Source: Callorhinchus milii
Taxonomy: Eukaryota
Reading direction: 5' to 3'
Assembly: GCF_018977255.1 (NCBI RefSeq)
Contig: NW_024704742.1
Span: 113,214,001-113,278,000 of the forward strand
DNA: 64,000 bases
A model generated the notes under the pieces. It ran no database searches. It worked only from the letters and a program-made list of their open reading frames with translations, and was not told the origin of the DNA. This document shows positions 40,550 through 53,564 of the stretch, one piece after another (within the stretch, counting starts at the first letter, position 1; each line of letters starts with the position of its first letter). The translations under genes and the position numbers were made by a program.

Positions 40550-40870
40550 TTTCGAGATCTAGACCATCTTGTGTTGTAAAGGCTTCTAAACCAGAGTGGG
40601 AACATTTCTTGTAATTCTTGCTAAGTCTGCTGCTTCAACACATTTAGATGTGATGTGCCAGTCATTTTGTCACATTTGCTAACGCTACTAAATCAGGCAC
40701 TCTCCCTCTTAGCATGCTGAGCGTCCATGTAGCTGCTATTTCTGCTATTTTTCAAACACACTGGAAACAGATAAGTCATTCATACCTGTGAACCCTGATG
40801 ATACTATTATTTTAGTTTATCCATGACATTTGGAAATGAAGTAAATTGGCATCTTGGAAGCTTGAGAACA
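40550..40870 (+). mobile_element. Relic of a DIRS-like retrotransposon tyrosine-recombinase region
   Basis: Frameshifted hand translation RSRPS..KPEWEHF / CDVPVILSHLLTLLNQALS / LSVHVAAISA / SWKL. Confidence 0.5.
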
Positions 40871-42064
40871 CACCCCACGTTGTGTAGACTAATTGTTTCC
40901 AGTAACTAATGTGAAACGTCTTATTTCCATCTTTATTCCTTTATAAGTTCTCCGTGATGCAAATCCTAGAAAAAAAGCAACCGCTGGATAAGAGAAAACC
41001 ACTTCTTGTGGTTTGATTCTTCACAAGTGTTTAAACATTGTTCAAATATTGCCAGATAAAAAAACTAATTGTTTGTGTGTGTGTGTGTGGTAGATACTGT
41101 CTGATTATTTACTTATTCAACCCTCTACAAAATGTTCAGTTTGGCTTCGTTTACAAGGGTTGAATAGTTTGCTACGATGGAGATTTATGGCTTCAATGCA
41201 TTTCAAGTGGAGCTTTATCTATCCAGTCCAAAAAAAAATTAAATGTTCAGTGTTCCAGATGAAAAATCATGACATTTTTCTAAGTTGATAATTAAATACT
41301 GAGATAGGAACTGTTCAGTTGTGATAATATTATGTTGTGTTCTCTGCAGCTCTCCAGCTCTGAATAGGTCCAATTTGACAATAATTGCATTTGGAAGATC
41401 CTAAATGTAAAACAGACAGATTAAATGTGTCTTTTTTCTGTGTTAACCATAGCTTAAAAAGAGGGAAAAGCACAGCATGGAGTAAATGTTTAACTTTGAG
41501 TCGCATGACAGTAGACAGGTCTGATTTTAAAATTGCTGATCCTCTGTTGTACTGCCTTTCCACAGAGCTCAGGGTTTTTATTTGAATCCAACCATTTCCA
41601 TCCATCTGTGCTTAGAGGATGGTGAAATCCCCAGCAATCATGCCCGATTGTCAGTCTTGTGTTTTCTATCGCTGCTTCTGAAAGCCAATTAAGATTTTTT
41701 TTATGGTAACTCAGTTTCAAAAATAGAATGAAACCCAATCACCTTTCATAACTGCATGTGAAACTGTATCTGGCCAACAGGAATTCTCTTCAGTTTCTCT
41801 GAGTGCATTGGCATTGAAAGCCCCAGATTGGGGTAATACTCTTGTACTGAACAAGGAAGTGATTTGAAAGTGATGGGGCATGTCTAGGAACACATTACCT
41901 GGCTTGACTCCATACAGTACTGGAAATCCTGAGCTCTGTGGAAGAGCAGCTTCAAACCTATAGCTCTTGATAGCTCTCATTTCATCTCAGAAACCCTGTG
42001 CTTTTTTTTTGCTTTAGTCCCTTCAACCACTACTTCACTTTTTAATACATTTTGGAATCAACCT

Positions 42065-42380
42065 GCCTCAGTTGGTACTGTAGCACTCTTGTCTCTGAGT
42101 CAGAAGATTGTCTGTTCAAGCCCCACATCAAGATTTTGAACTCACAGCCTATGTTGACACTCCGTTGCAGTGCTGGGGCAGTGTTACATTGATGGATGTG
42201 CCATCCTTCAGATGATACATAACACTGCTTGTTCAGGTGGAAGTTAAAGATCTAATGGTACTATTAAGAAAGAGAAGGGAGTTTCTTCCAGTGTCCTGGC
42301 CAACAGTCCCATAGATTAAATTGGTCATGGTTGTTTCTGGGACATTGCTCTAACTAAAAGCATTTGCCTACAAATTCATA
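42065..42380 (+). mobile_element. Old Deu-type SINE
   Basis: gcctcagttggta..ctctgagtcagaagattg..ttcaagcccc...caggtggaagttaaagatctaatggtactatt. Confidence 0.75.
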
Positions 42381-42418
42381 ATAATAGTAATCCTTGCATT
42401 TCATATAGCACCTTAACA

Positions 42419-42763
42419 GAGTAAGGAAACTTGCCAACTTTTCGCCCTGCTTAGAATTCAATTTGGGTCTCACTCCATCTTTGAATATTGGAATTATATT
42501 GTGTATCTTCTCAGTCTGTGCTTCAATATAATAACAACGTGCATTTATATAGTGCTTTCACATGAGTAGCTTCTCAGAGAGCTTAACAGTGGCAAAGCCT
42601 GATGGCGAGCTGATGAGAGGGGTGAAATGATGCAGGCCCGGTCAAAGATGAAGGTCTTAAGGTATGATCTGAAGATGGCCAAGGAAGGGGCACAGTGGAG
42701 GGATTGAGGCAGGTCCTCTCGCTTGAGAAACAAGTGCTCTAACCACTAAGCTACAGGACTCCA
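42419..42763 (-). mobile_element. tRNA-SINE head split by a locally copied segment (42455-42712)
   Basis: gagtaaggaaacttgcc..cgccctgc on the left and gtcctctcgcttg..gctacaggactcca on the right. Confidence 0.8.
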
Positions 42764-42784
42764 AATAGTCAGTACATTTTGCAG

Positions 42785-43200
42785 TAATAATAAATAATCC
42801 TTGCATTTGATACAATGCCATATCACGTCAACGAGACATCTCAAAGAACTTCACGGGATATATTGTAAAGTGGAGTGACTGTGTATTTTGTGGGCAGCCA
42901 GTTTCGTTGACCGCAATGTCCCACAAACAGTCATGGAGTGAGGGAACAAATTCATTTGAGGAATTTGTTGGTCAGAATACCCTGAGAATCTCCCTTCTGT
43001 TTTGAAATAGTGCCGTGGGATCTTTAATGTCTACCTGACCAGACAAACAGAACTTTAATTTAATGTCTCATCCAAAGGACGGCATCTCTGACAATGAAAC
43101 ACTTTCTCAGCACTGCATTGGAGTGTCAGTTTAGACTATGATTCCAAGTCTCGACGTGGGGCTTGAACCCACAACCTTCCAATTCAGAGGCTATCACTGT
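42785..43200 (-). mobile_element. Old Deu-type SINE, near full length
   Basis: aatagtgccgtgggatctttaatgtctacctga...gtggggcttgaacccacaaccttc. Confidence 0.8.
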
Positions 43201-44354
43201 ATCATGCTGGCATAGGAAATCTTGTGAAGTGCTTTAAGATGATTCAATCTCATGATAAGGAGCTATATCGAATGCTTAGGATTATTATATATTATGTCCT
43301 CACATATAGTCAGCTCTCCTGTGTTTTCCTGTGAGCAATTAATATTAAAAAGAAAATTGTTCCTAACTTCACCTACAAAATAGAATTTAAAGGGAAGGAA
43401 GTTCTTCCAATGTCCTGGCCAACAATCCCCAATAAAATTGGTCAGTCATTTCATTATTATTTAGAAAATAGCTTGATGCTGTGATGGGGGAGTTGTTGGG
43501 TGGATGTTCTGGAAGGATCCGATCAAATGGGCCAAAGGGCCTTTTCCTTTCAGTGGTTATTTATGGAACATTGCTGTGCCCAAATTGGCTGTCATGTTTG
43601 TGTACAAAATACCGCCACTACAATGTACAATAAGTTCTGTGAAATATTTTGAAACCTCCTCCTGACGTGAAAGGCACTGTACCAAGTGCAAGGATTATAA
43701 TAATAATAATCCTTGCATTTGATATAGTGCTTTTCACTATTATCATCTAGATGATTTTACCAAGTGATTGTTTATTGCGGATTGCTTTGCTCTTGTGTCA
43801 GAAAAACCAAAATAGGAGAGGGCCGGGTAGCATCTCCCATATCAATGTCATTTATTAGCTTCAAGCAAAGGCATACAAAAGAAATCATTGCAGCAAATGA
43901 GCTGCTGCTGTCCCAATTCATTTCACAATGTTTGCCTGCAGATGCCTTAGGCGTTGGGTGATAATTACTGTCAGGATAGCAAAGCATCCATACTGTGTCA
44001 CTTCATAGTGTCCAAATCACTAGAACAAATACTATACAACTCCAGCAGATTCGGGACAGCTAGTCTAAACAAATTGTCTCTGTAACGTTTCAGCTGACTA
44101 AAGGGAGATAACCTGGCACGTTGCAGCTGAGCCTGGGGAATTTGAGAAGAATTCAGTTTCGAAACAATTAACTAAAGTAAAAAATAGTTCATGGGGTGAA
44201 CTATGTGGTGAAACGCTTTGATTAGATGATCAATTAAAGCAGAGCTGGCAGAGTGAAATTTTAAATTGAATTCTGCGCAGGTCAAGTGTGACCTCTTCTG
44301 ATGGCTGTATGTCTGATCTGTTGCAACACAGAATTAATAAAGACTTCAGCACAA

Positions 44355-44725
44355 GTGTGTCAGTTGGCAACACTTTTGCTTCGTGAGTTCAAGGGCTATG
44401 TCTGGACTAAGAACCTTTATAGTCCAAGCTGAAGTTCCAATGTAGTGCTGTGGGTGTGCTGCATTTTTGTTGGTGCCATCCTTCAGATGAGATGCCAAGG
44501 TTCCATGGCGCTATACGGAAAGAGAAGGGAGTTCCTTCCAGGGTCCCAGCCAGCAATCTCCCAAATAAAATTGACATTTCACGTGGGTTTGTGGGACATT
44601 GCCGAAACAAATTGGCTACTATGTTTGCCTACAGAATTCATAGTCACTCTACTTCACAACATATCCTGTGAAGTGCTTTGGGATGTCTTCGAGATGTGAA
44701 AGATGCTATATAAAATATAAGCATT
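44355..44725 (+). mobile_element. Old Deu-type SINE about 80 bp upstream of exon 5
   Basis: ggtgccatccttcagatgagatg...ttccatggcgctat...tgaagtgctttgggatgtc. Confidence 0.7.
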
Positions 44726-44806
44726 AAATGAATTGATATGTATTTTTGCTGTTTATATAAATCACATTGACTTGAATGCAACTTTTTTCTCCATTTGTCC
44801 CCACAG

Positions 44807-44920
44807 ATATAAATGAATGTGAATTTGAACCCTGTAAAAATGGTGGAATTTGCACTGACTTGGTTGCAAACTATTCCTGCGAGTGTCCCGGAGAATTCAT
44901 GGGCAGAAATTGCCAGTCCA
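44807..44920 (+). CDS. EDIL3: EDIL3 exon 5, calcium-binding EGF-like domain 3
   Basis: cacAG acceptor, A|GTGAGT donor, 114 nt. Encodes (N)[37 protein letters not shown]. Absent from the ORF track; translated by hand. Confidence 0.97.
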
Positions 44921-45589
44921 GTGAGTATTGAAATATTCTGGGACTGCTTAAAATTCTCTAGTGCCTATTAATGTTGAGAAAAGGATGATTCAGTCAGTAT
45001 CTTTAGTGTGACGTGCATTATTTTAATGTACTTCATTTAATTGCTGAACCACCAGTGAATTTTAAATTGTCTATGTGTTCAAATAAAGTTTAGAAAAGCT
45101 TATGCAACACAAAATTAGTTTGAGAAAGCTGTTGGAATTGTTTAACACCGTAACAGATTATTATTTGACTTTTACTTACAAGAGCAAAGTTGAAAGAAAA
45201 CTAAAGCCTTAAATTAAACATGTTGTAGCTTAAGTAATGCAGTGCTCTATTTTATTTGACATAAAAATTAATACCACTTTACAGTGAAGGCATTATTCAC
45301 TGATAGTGAAAATCAAAGCTTTCATTCCATAATCCATAATAGCAATACAGTACTCTTGAGATTGCTGGAAATTGTCAATTTCAAGCATAAAGTACTTAAA
45401 TCTTTTAAGCAATTGTTATCTCTTCACCACTTAACACACTTATTTCTATTCAGTCACAGGCAACTCTCAGAAGCATAATGTGCATTTTGTTTAAGTATAC
45501 AGTTAACTGTTCAACCGTGTTCCTCACTGATACTTGGTGGAATTTTGAAATACCAGGCTCTCTTCTGGTATAGCCAAGCCATTTTGCAT

Positions 45590-46050
45590 CAGTTGTTTAT
45601 GCACTCCAAACTCTGCATGCCCATCATCCCAGTCCTTACTAAGCTCCACAGGCTCCCGACAGATTGCCTTCAAGGTCACCCTCATCTATAAATCTGTTCA
45701 CCGCCTAGCACCTCCCTATCTTTCTAATCTTCTCCTACCCCACTCTTCTGCTCTGTTCCGCTTACTTTGGCCTGCTTTGCATCTGCCACCCCCTCTGCAC
45801 CACCTTCGGTAGCTGAAGGCTCAGTTACCGAACGTGGTGCAGAGTGGGGTGGCAGATGTTTCCCTGATTTCTAGAACTTTCCTCTGTCTATTCCTCCATC
45901 TCGGTCCCTCTCTATCTAAATCAAACCTAAAACGCTAGCTCATTGACCATGCCTATGTCACCTCTCTGTTTCCATTTGTTCACCATTCAACCCCGTCTTT
46001 ATGAAACACTCCAAAACATGAAGAACGCTATATAAATGCAAGTTGTTGTT
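45590..46050 (+). mobile_element. Old L2 3' fragment containing a fold-back hairpin
   Basis: aagctccacaggctccc..ttcaaggtcaccctcatctataaa; tail gctatataaatgcaagttgttgtt. Confidence 0.7.
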
Positions 46051-46348
46051 ATGCTAGTAATACTTTTCTTTGGTTCTTCATTCAGTTTATTCCTTTTCCT
46101 ATCCTCCTTTGTCCAGAAAATGTCACCTTATTCAAAAGTCCTAGATGTGAAATTTTATCAATTGAAAATCAACTATCCACTTATTTATTATAGCACCATC
46201 ATCCTGATAGATTCATAACACATAATCTAGAGCTAATAAACCTATATTGACTACTCTCTGTATAGATCCTGTGCCATTCGGAAGAACTGCAGCAGGTCAA
46301 GCAGTTTTGCTCGTACTGACCTATAATTCAACTTGGGTCTCACTACGG

Positions 46349-46887
46349 CAACAACAACAACAACAACAAGATTCCATTTATAAAGCGCCTTTCACGTCAG
46401 GAGGACGTCCCAAGGCACTGCACAGTTGGGTCAGGACCCGAGCAGGGGGGAAATGGTCAGGGTGAGGGGAGGGAAGGGAGGGAGCGAGGAGGGGGAAATG
46501 GTCAGGGTGAGGGGAGGGAAGGGAGGGAGCGAGGAGGGGGAAGAGAGTTGAGAGGACAGCTGAAGGCACGGTCAAAGAGAAAGGTTTTGAGACCGGCCTT
46601 GAAGGAGGAGAGGGAGGAAGCAAGGCGAAGGCACTGGGGGATGGAGTTCCAGAGCCTGGGGGCTGAGAGGCTGAAGGCCCGACCACCGATGGTAGGGCGA
46701 TTGGGGCGGGGGACGTGGAGCAGAGCAGAGCCGGAGGAACGGAGGGTACGGGCAGGTAGGTAGGGGGATAGTAGGTCAGAGAGGTAGGAGGGAGCAAGGC
46801 CGTGGATGGCCTTATAGGTGAGGATGAGGATCTTGAAATCAATCCTCTGGGGGATGGGGAGCCAGTGGAGGTGAGCGAGGGTGGGTG
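46349..46887 (-). mobile_element. Relatively young L2 3' portion with a 45-bp internal tandem duplication
   Basis: (CAA)n reverse tail and LHWLP-coding region; same subtype as 52504-52684. Confidence 0.9.
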
Positions 46888-46937
46888 TCTTTGAATATTG
46901 GAATTATGTTGCATATCTTCTCATTCTCTGGTTCAAT

Positions 46938-47440
46938 ACAACAACAACTTGCACTTATATAGCGCTTTCACATGGGTAGCTTCTCAAAGCGCTTAACAGT
47001 GGCAGAGCTAGATGGGGAGCCGGTGAGAGGGGTGAAATGATGCAGGCCCGGTCAAAGACGAAGGTCTTCAGGTATGATCTGAAGATGGCCAAGGAGGGGA
47101 CACAATGGAGGCATTGAGGCAGACAGTTCCAGAATCTCGGGCACAGTGGCTATATGCGCAGCTGCAGATGGTGGATTGGAAGAGATGAGTGTGTGTGCAG
47201 GAGGCCGGAGCCAGCTGAGTAAATGGAGTGGGCAGAGGAGTGGGGTGTAAGCAGCTCAGACAAGTGCGGAGGTTGCCAATGCTTGAAATGATTTGTGCGA
47301 GCGTGAGGATCTTGAAATCAATTCTTTCTGTAATTTGGAGCTGGGCAAGTACTGGGATGATGGGGTACAGAGTTTGACGGGGGTTAGGATATGGGTGGCA
47401 GATTTTTGCATTAATTGGATTTTATGTATGTTGGATATCA
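46938..47440 (-). mobile_element. Older L2 3' portion
   Basis: Translation IHKIQLMQKSATHILT; reverse tail caacaacttgcacttatatagcgc. Confidence 0.8.
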
Positions 47441-48678
47441 CAAATCATTAATATTTCTGGTATGTTTAAGAACTATCTGCAGCTACGCTTTTATGGTTTT
47501 AGCTGGTTAAACTACAGTGAATACTCTTGGGTCCCCAAATCGCACTTAAATGTTGTGGGACTAGAAGTGTGTGAGGTTGTTCACAAGCTCCAGTTCAATC
47601 AGAACTCTGCAATCTGCATTCTCTCCCCAGAAGGCTTCCTGCAGCCCCCTCACCTCCTTCTCGACAAGCCTTTTAAGTTCTCACCTTTAAATGCCTCCAT
47701 AGCTTTGCTCTCCCATTCTTTGTGATCTGTGATCCTACTCCCCTCTACTCTGCCAGCTCAGGCTTGCTTTATGTCCCCTCTGCCCATCATTGGTGGGTGA
47801 GCTTGCAACCACTTTGTCCCCTTTCTCTGGAACTCTGGCCTCACTCCTTCCCTTTCGGTTTTCAAATACTGTCGCTCCTTTCACCACCTCATCCGATTCC
47901 CCCTATCTCCCAAACTTTTCAAGTTCCCACTCTGCCTTTTCAACTTGAAAGGCAGTGTATAAATATAAGTTGTTGTCAGTGTAAGCAATTTGACAGCAGG
48001 TTCACGTGTTCTTTTAGAGCTTTTTAGTTTAATCTTGTAACTTGAATTCACACAAAACCGACTACTACTGGTACATAGGTAGTTTGGGACATATGTGCAT
48101 GCGACCGCCAGGAAGGTGGAAGACAAACTAGATGGACTTTTTCTGTCTAGCATTTCTTATGTTCTTATCTTCTTATGCACTTGTTCAGTCATGGTCTGGA
48201 ACCTCGCCGAGACTCACGTATAAAATGTTCGCCCATTAAATGATGCACGTCAAGAGAGGAAACTGATTGCTAGAAATTGATTCTCCATAAAGAAATTTTT
48301 AAATTTAAAAAAATCTTTTTTCACATGTTACATCTCCAAACCATAAAACGAGGTAAATAGGTAGGCAACTCTACTGCATGTTAGCTGTCACTTTGAGAGA
48401 GTATGATTCCTACTCATCGCCTCCACTCTGTCCTGACCAAAAAGAACTTCAACAACTCTTTGTTATCTTGACAAATTGACTACCTTTTTTCACACACATG
48501 GGACTGTGTTTCCACAGCTCTTTGGTTTTATCCTGCAGCTCCATTTGTCCATAAGGTCTCTGAATAATAGCACTCTGTTTTTTTGCTTTTTTGTTTTAGT
48601 TGAAAAGGGAGAGAATAACTCTACTGCAAAACTGATGCAGTTTTTCACTTGTTTTACCTCATTTGGGTTTTGCAGTGT

Positions 48679-49000
48679 ATAATAATAATAATAATAATCC
48701 TTGCATTTGATATAGCGCTTTTCACGTCTTCTAGATGTCCCAAAGCGCTTCACAGAATATACTGTAAAATAAATTGACTGTATATTTGTGGGCGAACGCG
48801 GCAGCCAATTGCACACAGCAATGTCCCACAAACAATCGTAGATTGAAAATGACCAATTTATTATTGTTTTTTGTTTTGGAGGGATTATTATTAGGCGTGT
48901 GGAGTAAGGAAACTTGCCCAAGGTTTCGCCCTGCCTGGAATTGACCTCAGGTCTCTCGCTTGCAAAGCGAGTGCTCTAACCACTGAGCTACAGGACTCCA
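48679..49000 (-). mobile_element. tRNA-derived SINE, full-length short form
   Basis: Near-consensus copy from head to (ATT)n tail. Confidence 0.94.
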
Positions 49001-50640
49001 CCTGTATGGGTCTTTTTATGGGAGTGCTGTGTGTTAGTGATGGTTTGTACAGATTGTTTTGTGTGGAAGGACACACGGGTCTGTGGATGTAGTGATTATG
49101 AAGCTTTGTATGTTTCCTTTCCCCCCCCACCCACCCCCACCAAGCTCTGGTGCTCCGTCAGCTGTGTGAAGCACTCTCGACATGAAAGGCTCTATATAAA
49201 TTTAAATTGTATGTTGAAGAGTGAGCAGAGTTTGCTGGAAGCAAAATTGGATGAGACATATTATTGGGAGTAATTATAATAATAATCTGTGCATTTGTCA
49301 GCTAACTGTCAGCTATCGTAGCTGCTTTTCCGATCAGCTATGTAAAAAGGACATTTTTAGACAATTCTTTTCTTTCCTCCCTCCCAAATATTGAGCAGCA
49401 TTAGTTAGGTAATGGTCTATGCCAAAACGGCCAGCACAGACACGATAGGGTGAATGGCCTTCTTCTTTGTTATTGTCAATTTCAATGGTTCTATGAGTTT
49501 ACCAATCTCTGCCCTCATCTCAGAAACCCCACAACAGTATCCATCACTGTAATAGCGTAGCACAGTACCTCACATAATCTTTGAACGTGCTCGACATTCA
49601 GCTGTGTAAAGCACTCCCAACACATTAACCTATGTTACGCAAATGCAAGTTGTTGTTGCTGTTGTGACACTGAGCTATTTGTTGGTACAGCTGATTAAGT
49701 TGAATTTTGCCTTTGTTTGCACGAACTGTCACAGGCAAGATATATTCAACCCCAAATGTTGTTAATTACACCCTAACAAGTGCTCTCCACCATCGGCATC
49801 CAGCAAACTACAAATATTTCTGCCTAAAATTTTGTTTGTCTCATTATACAAAATCACCAGCATAATTTTTAATTTGTTACAGGGCATGTTCATTACAAAG
49901 TCAAAGCTATTCAGTGCAGCAGTGAGCTATGGCTTTTCATCATTTGTAAGAATAAAAGCTGCATAGATTAGCTACAAGAGCGGCAATTCAATTTTTAATG
50001 AAATATAAAACCAATTAATGTCAATTTCTAGTACTGGATTCTGTGATATTAGTTTTACTCCTGGAATATCAAGCCATTTGTATAATTGTGCTATTAAGCT
50101 GTATATTAACCAATAACTTAGTTAAGCCACTCACTCCAGTTTCACACAGGAGGGTTAACTCCTCACACTCCTCCTTGCCTCGCCTCACCGTATTGAGATG
50201 CTGTTCATCGCTGTAAAAATGAGTCATCTCAGAGCCCTTTTTGAAGACCTTTCTCAGCAACAAACATGTATGTGCCTCCTGCAACATAACAGAGGTCTGC
50301 TCTCTGCATTGGTTTTGTGCCAACGACTGCATTTATATCAGTAATAGACTTGCTAATACCTTAATGGATGAAAGACATTATCTGAGGCAGCACCTTATAG
50401 ATTCCTGTCGGTGCATGTTTCTAACCAACCAGGAGGAATGCCTCACCACGCCTGAAGTCGGCTGCTTATTCACCAGCATAATGGGCTTGGCTCCTGGACA
50501 GGCACAGCTTTGCACACATTTACTGCTGAGAACAGTATGGACCCCCATCAGGACTCTATTTCAGTCTTCCAGAAACAAAGGCACTGAAGCTGATAACAGT
50601 ATTTAGTTACTGAGCTGCTGGTAGAAGACAATTTCTTGAT

Positions 50641-50900
50641 TCTCTATTTACCTAGCAGTAAGTAGGGATCCGGTTGTTAGTCGATTGGCGGATCGCTTTT
50701 ACAAGGGTAATAATTCCTTAAAAAAAAATTGGTCACTCAATCCATGACCATTTGTGGGACACTGCTGTACACAATTGGCTGCTGGGTTTCGGCCACAAAG
50801 CTTACAGTCAATTCACTTTACTGTATATTGTGTGAAGCACTTTGAGATGTCTCTAAGACATGATAAGGTGCTATATCAAATGCAAGGATTATTATTATTA
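50641..50900 (+). mobile_element. Long-form SINE body, headless
   Basis: ctctatttacctagcagtaagtagggatccgg... through to the (ATT)n tail. Confidence 0.85.
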
Positions 50901-51889
50901 AGATAGGTACAGGTTAAACAACTCAATGGAAATTCCAATTTAGTATTCCAACACTATAAATGAGCCATTTGACCCATGAGAGTAAGCGTAGCCTATGCAT
51001 CAATAAAAGGTGGAAAATGGGAATAAATCGCAACATTATTCATACCATATTTACTGATCCTGCCAAGAATCAAACCCAGGTCCTCTCGCTTGGGAGGCGA
51101 GTGCTCTAACCACTGAGGGCTCCAACCAATGAGGAAGGAATTAGGGTGGTTGAGATCTCTGATACTCACTGACTACCCACACAGAAAGAGTATATGAGGT
51201 ACTTTGTGCTCAGGGCGACTGCTACCCATAGAATTGGTCTCAACAACAACATCTTGCATTTATATAGTGCTTTTCGCCCAGGTTGGATCATGTTGCTTTG
51301 TGGTATATTCTGTCGGAACACACACAATTATAACATTATTAACACCATAACGATAGGGGACCTTTCCTTATAAACATTTCCAGATTGTTCCTAAGGCATT
51401 TACAATAAGAAGGATGAGAAAAAAAAGTTAAAAGTCCAATATTTTAATTTTACTGTAATAAGTTTTCTTAAAATAACATCAGTTTATTTTGGCACTGTTT
51501 TATCTTTGAAATCGAATCACAAAAATAACAGCCACTATTGGCACTAAAATACAGTAACTGCCTTTTTTCATTGGATCATCTGCTTTCCATGGACCCATGC
51601 CAAGCTCCATTGGGCTATCTGCTTGTCTGTCAACCTGTCCAGCTCAATGTTATTTTATTGGACCATCCACCTGTCTATTCGCTCTGGATATCAGTACTGG
51701 CACAGAACACCCCAGTAACACGACACCCCTGGTTATAACATTACTCGAGCTTTTGTTAATTGGGATTTGCATAATATTAACCAAATTATAACATTATATG
51801 TCTATAACAATACACAAACTCAGATATGTACAAAACATGCCAAGCATGGCCTGGACCAGCTTCCAGTATAACATTATGCTGATTATATG

Positions 51890-52200
51890 TGGAGTCCTGT
51901 AGCTCAGTGATTATAGCACTTGCTTTGCAAGCGAGAGACCAGTGGTCGATTCCCGGCAGGGTGAAACCTTGGGCCGGTTTCCTTACTCCACGTGTCTGAT
52001 AATAATCCCTCAAGAAAATTAAACAATAATAAATTGGCCACTTCAAACCACGCCTGTTTGTGGGACACTGCTGTGCGCAATTGGCTGCCGCATTTCACCC
52101 ACAGTCAATTCACTTTACAGCATATTCTGTGAAGCACTTTGAGACGTCTAGAAGACGTGAAAAGTGCTATATCAAATGCAAGAATTATTATTATAATTAT
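51890..52200 (+). mobile_element. tRNA-derived SINE, short form
   Basis: tggagtcctgtagctcagtg... through to aaatgcaagaattattatt. Confidence 0.9.
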
Positions 52201-52503
52201 AACAATAGGCGATTTAATATTATACAAACTCAACCACAGTCAAAATATTTTGCAGAGAGGAGAGAAAATTGGAGTGAAAAAATGCACCAGAAATGATAGA
52301 TCAAATAGAGTTAATGTAATGTGTCCATTTTAATTGTAGACTGAATTGTAAAGTCAATTCACGTTACAGTATATTCTGTGAAGCTCTTTGATATGACGCG
52401 AACACATGATAAGGTACTATATTAAATGCAAGGATTTTGGTAGTGTTATTATTTTACTAACATGTGTTCTTTACAGTTACATTAAACCCACAATGAAAAA
52501 TGC

Positions 52504-52684
52504 ACAACAACAACAAGATTCCATTTATAGAGCGCCTTTCACGTCGGGAGGACATCCCAAGGCGCTGGACAGTTGGGTCAGGATCCGAGCAGGGGGGAAA
52601 TGGTCAGGTGAGGGGAGGGAAGGGAGGGAGCGAGCGAGGAGGGGGTAAAGAGTCGAGAGGGGAGCTGAAGGCACGGTCAAAGAG
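52504..52684 (-). mobile_element. L2 3' end, same subtype as 46349
   Basis: Closely similar to 46360-46578 but lacking the 45-bp duplication. Confidence 0.85.
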
Positions 52685-53564
52685 GTATCATGCTTCTAGT
52701 ACTATTAATGCTTGAATGTTATTTTCTATTTAACACACCTGTAGCCTTTGCTGATCTCAACATATGTGCTATAGATTTGTAAACCAGTTAAATGTAAATC
52801 TGAACTATTGTTCAATCATAAAGCAGTCTGTTATACAAGTTGTGTAAACCATGGCTGTACAGCAGAATATTTAACACATCTGCAACTGATTTTTTTTCCC
52901 CAGGACTCCAAAACATGCGTTCATCTCATTCCTTACATAATCCTTCTGGACTTTAATACCCTGCCTGTTTCATATATAATTTTTCTTTAAGTTGCTTTCT
53001 ATCCAAAGTATCCTGCTGTTATCACTTCCAGCAAATATTCTTGTTATCCTGACCTGACTCCTAGTCCTGGTTACTATTTGATTCTTTGGAACTTTTAAAG
53101 TATTGCGAAATATAGTAACACTGTCAATGTATTCCCCTTCCCCTCGCCTCCCTTCTCCCACCCTGACCCCAGCTCGGGTCTGAAATGCTGTACACTGTCC
53201 AGCACCTTGGGACGTCCTCGCGACGTGAAAGGCGCTATACAAATGTAATCTTGTTGTTGTTTGAGGATGAAACATAATGTGAAGAATTCATCCACTCTTA
53301 AAAATGTTTTGTCAGCCTCTAAAGTTTATTCAGTCACATTGGTGTGGGATTCTCTTCTGTTTCTTCACATTGTTTTTTTCAGAATACTTCCTTAGAAGTA
53401 TTGGTGCAATCTACTTCCTTGAAAGTATTCTGAAAAACATTCTAACCTTTGTCTGTTTATTATCTGGATCTGCTCCCCATTTAATCTCTTCCCTAGAATA
53501 TATATCTCCCATCTTTGAAGCTTGCTCTTGTTAAAGTCTTCTTGAATATAACTATTGTATTTTG

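Noticed and set aside
50241..50606. 121-aa ORF or transposase remnant
   Set aside because: No motif I could identify with confidence on either strand.
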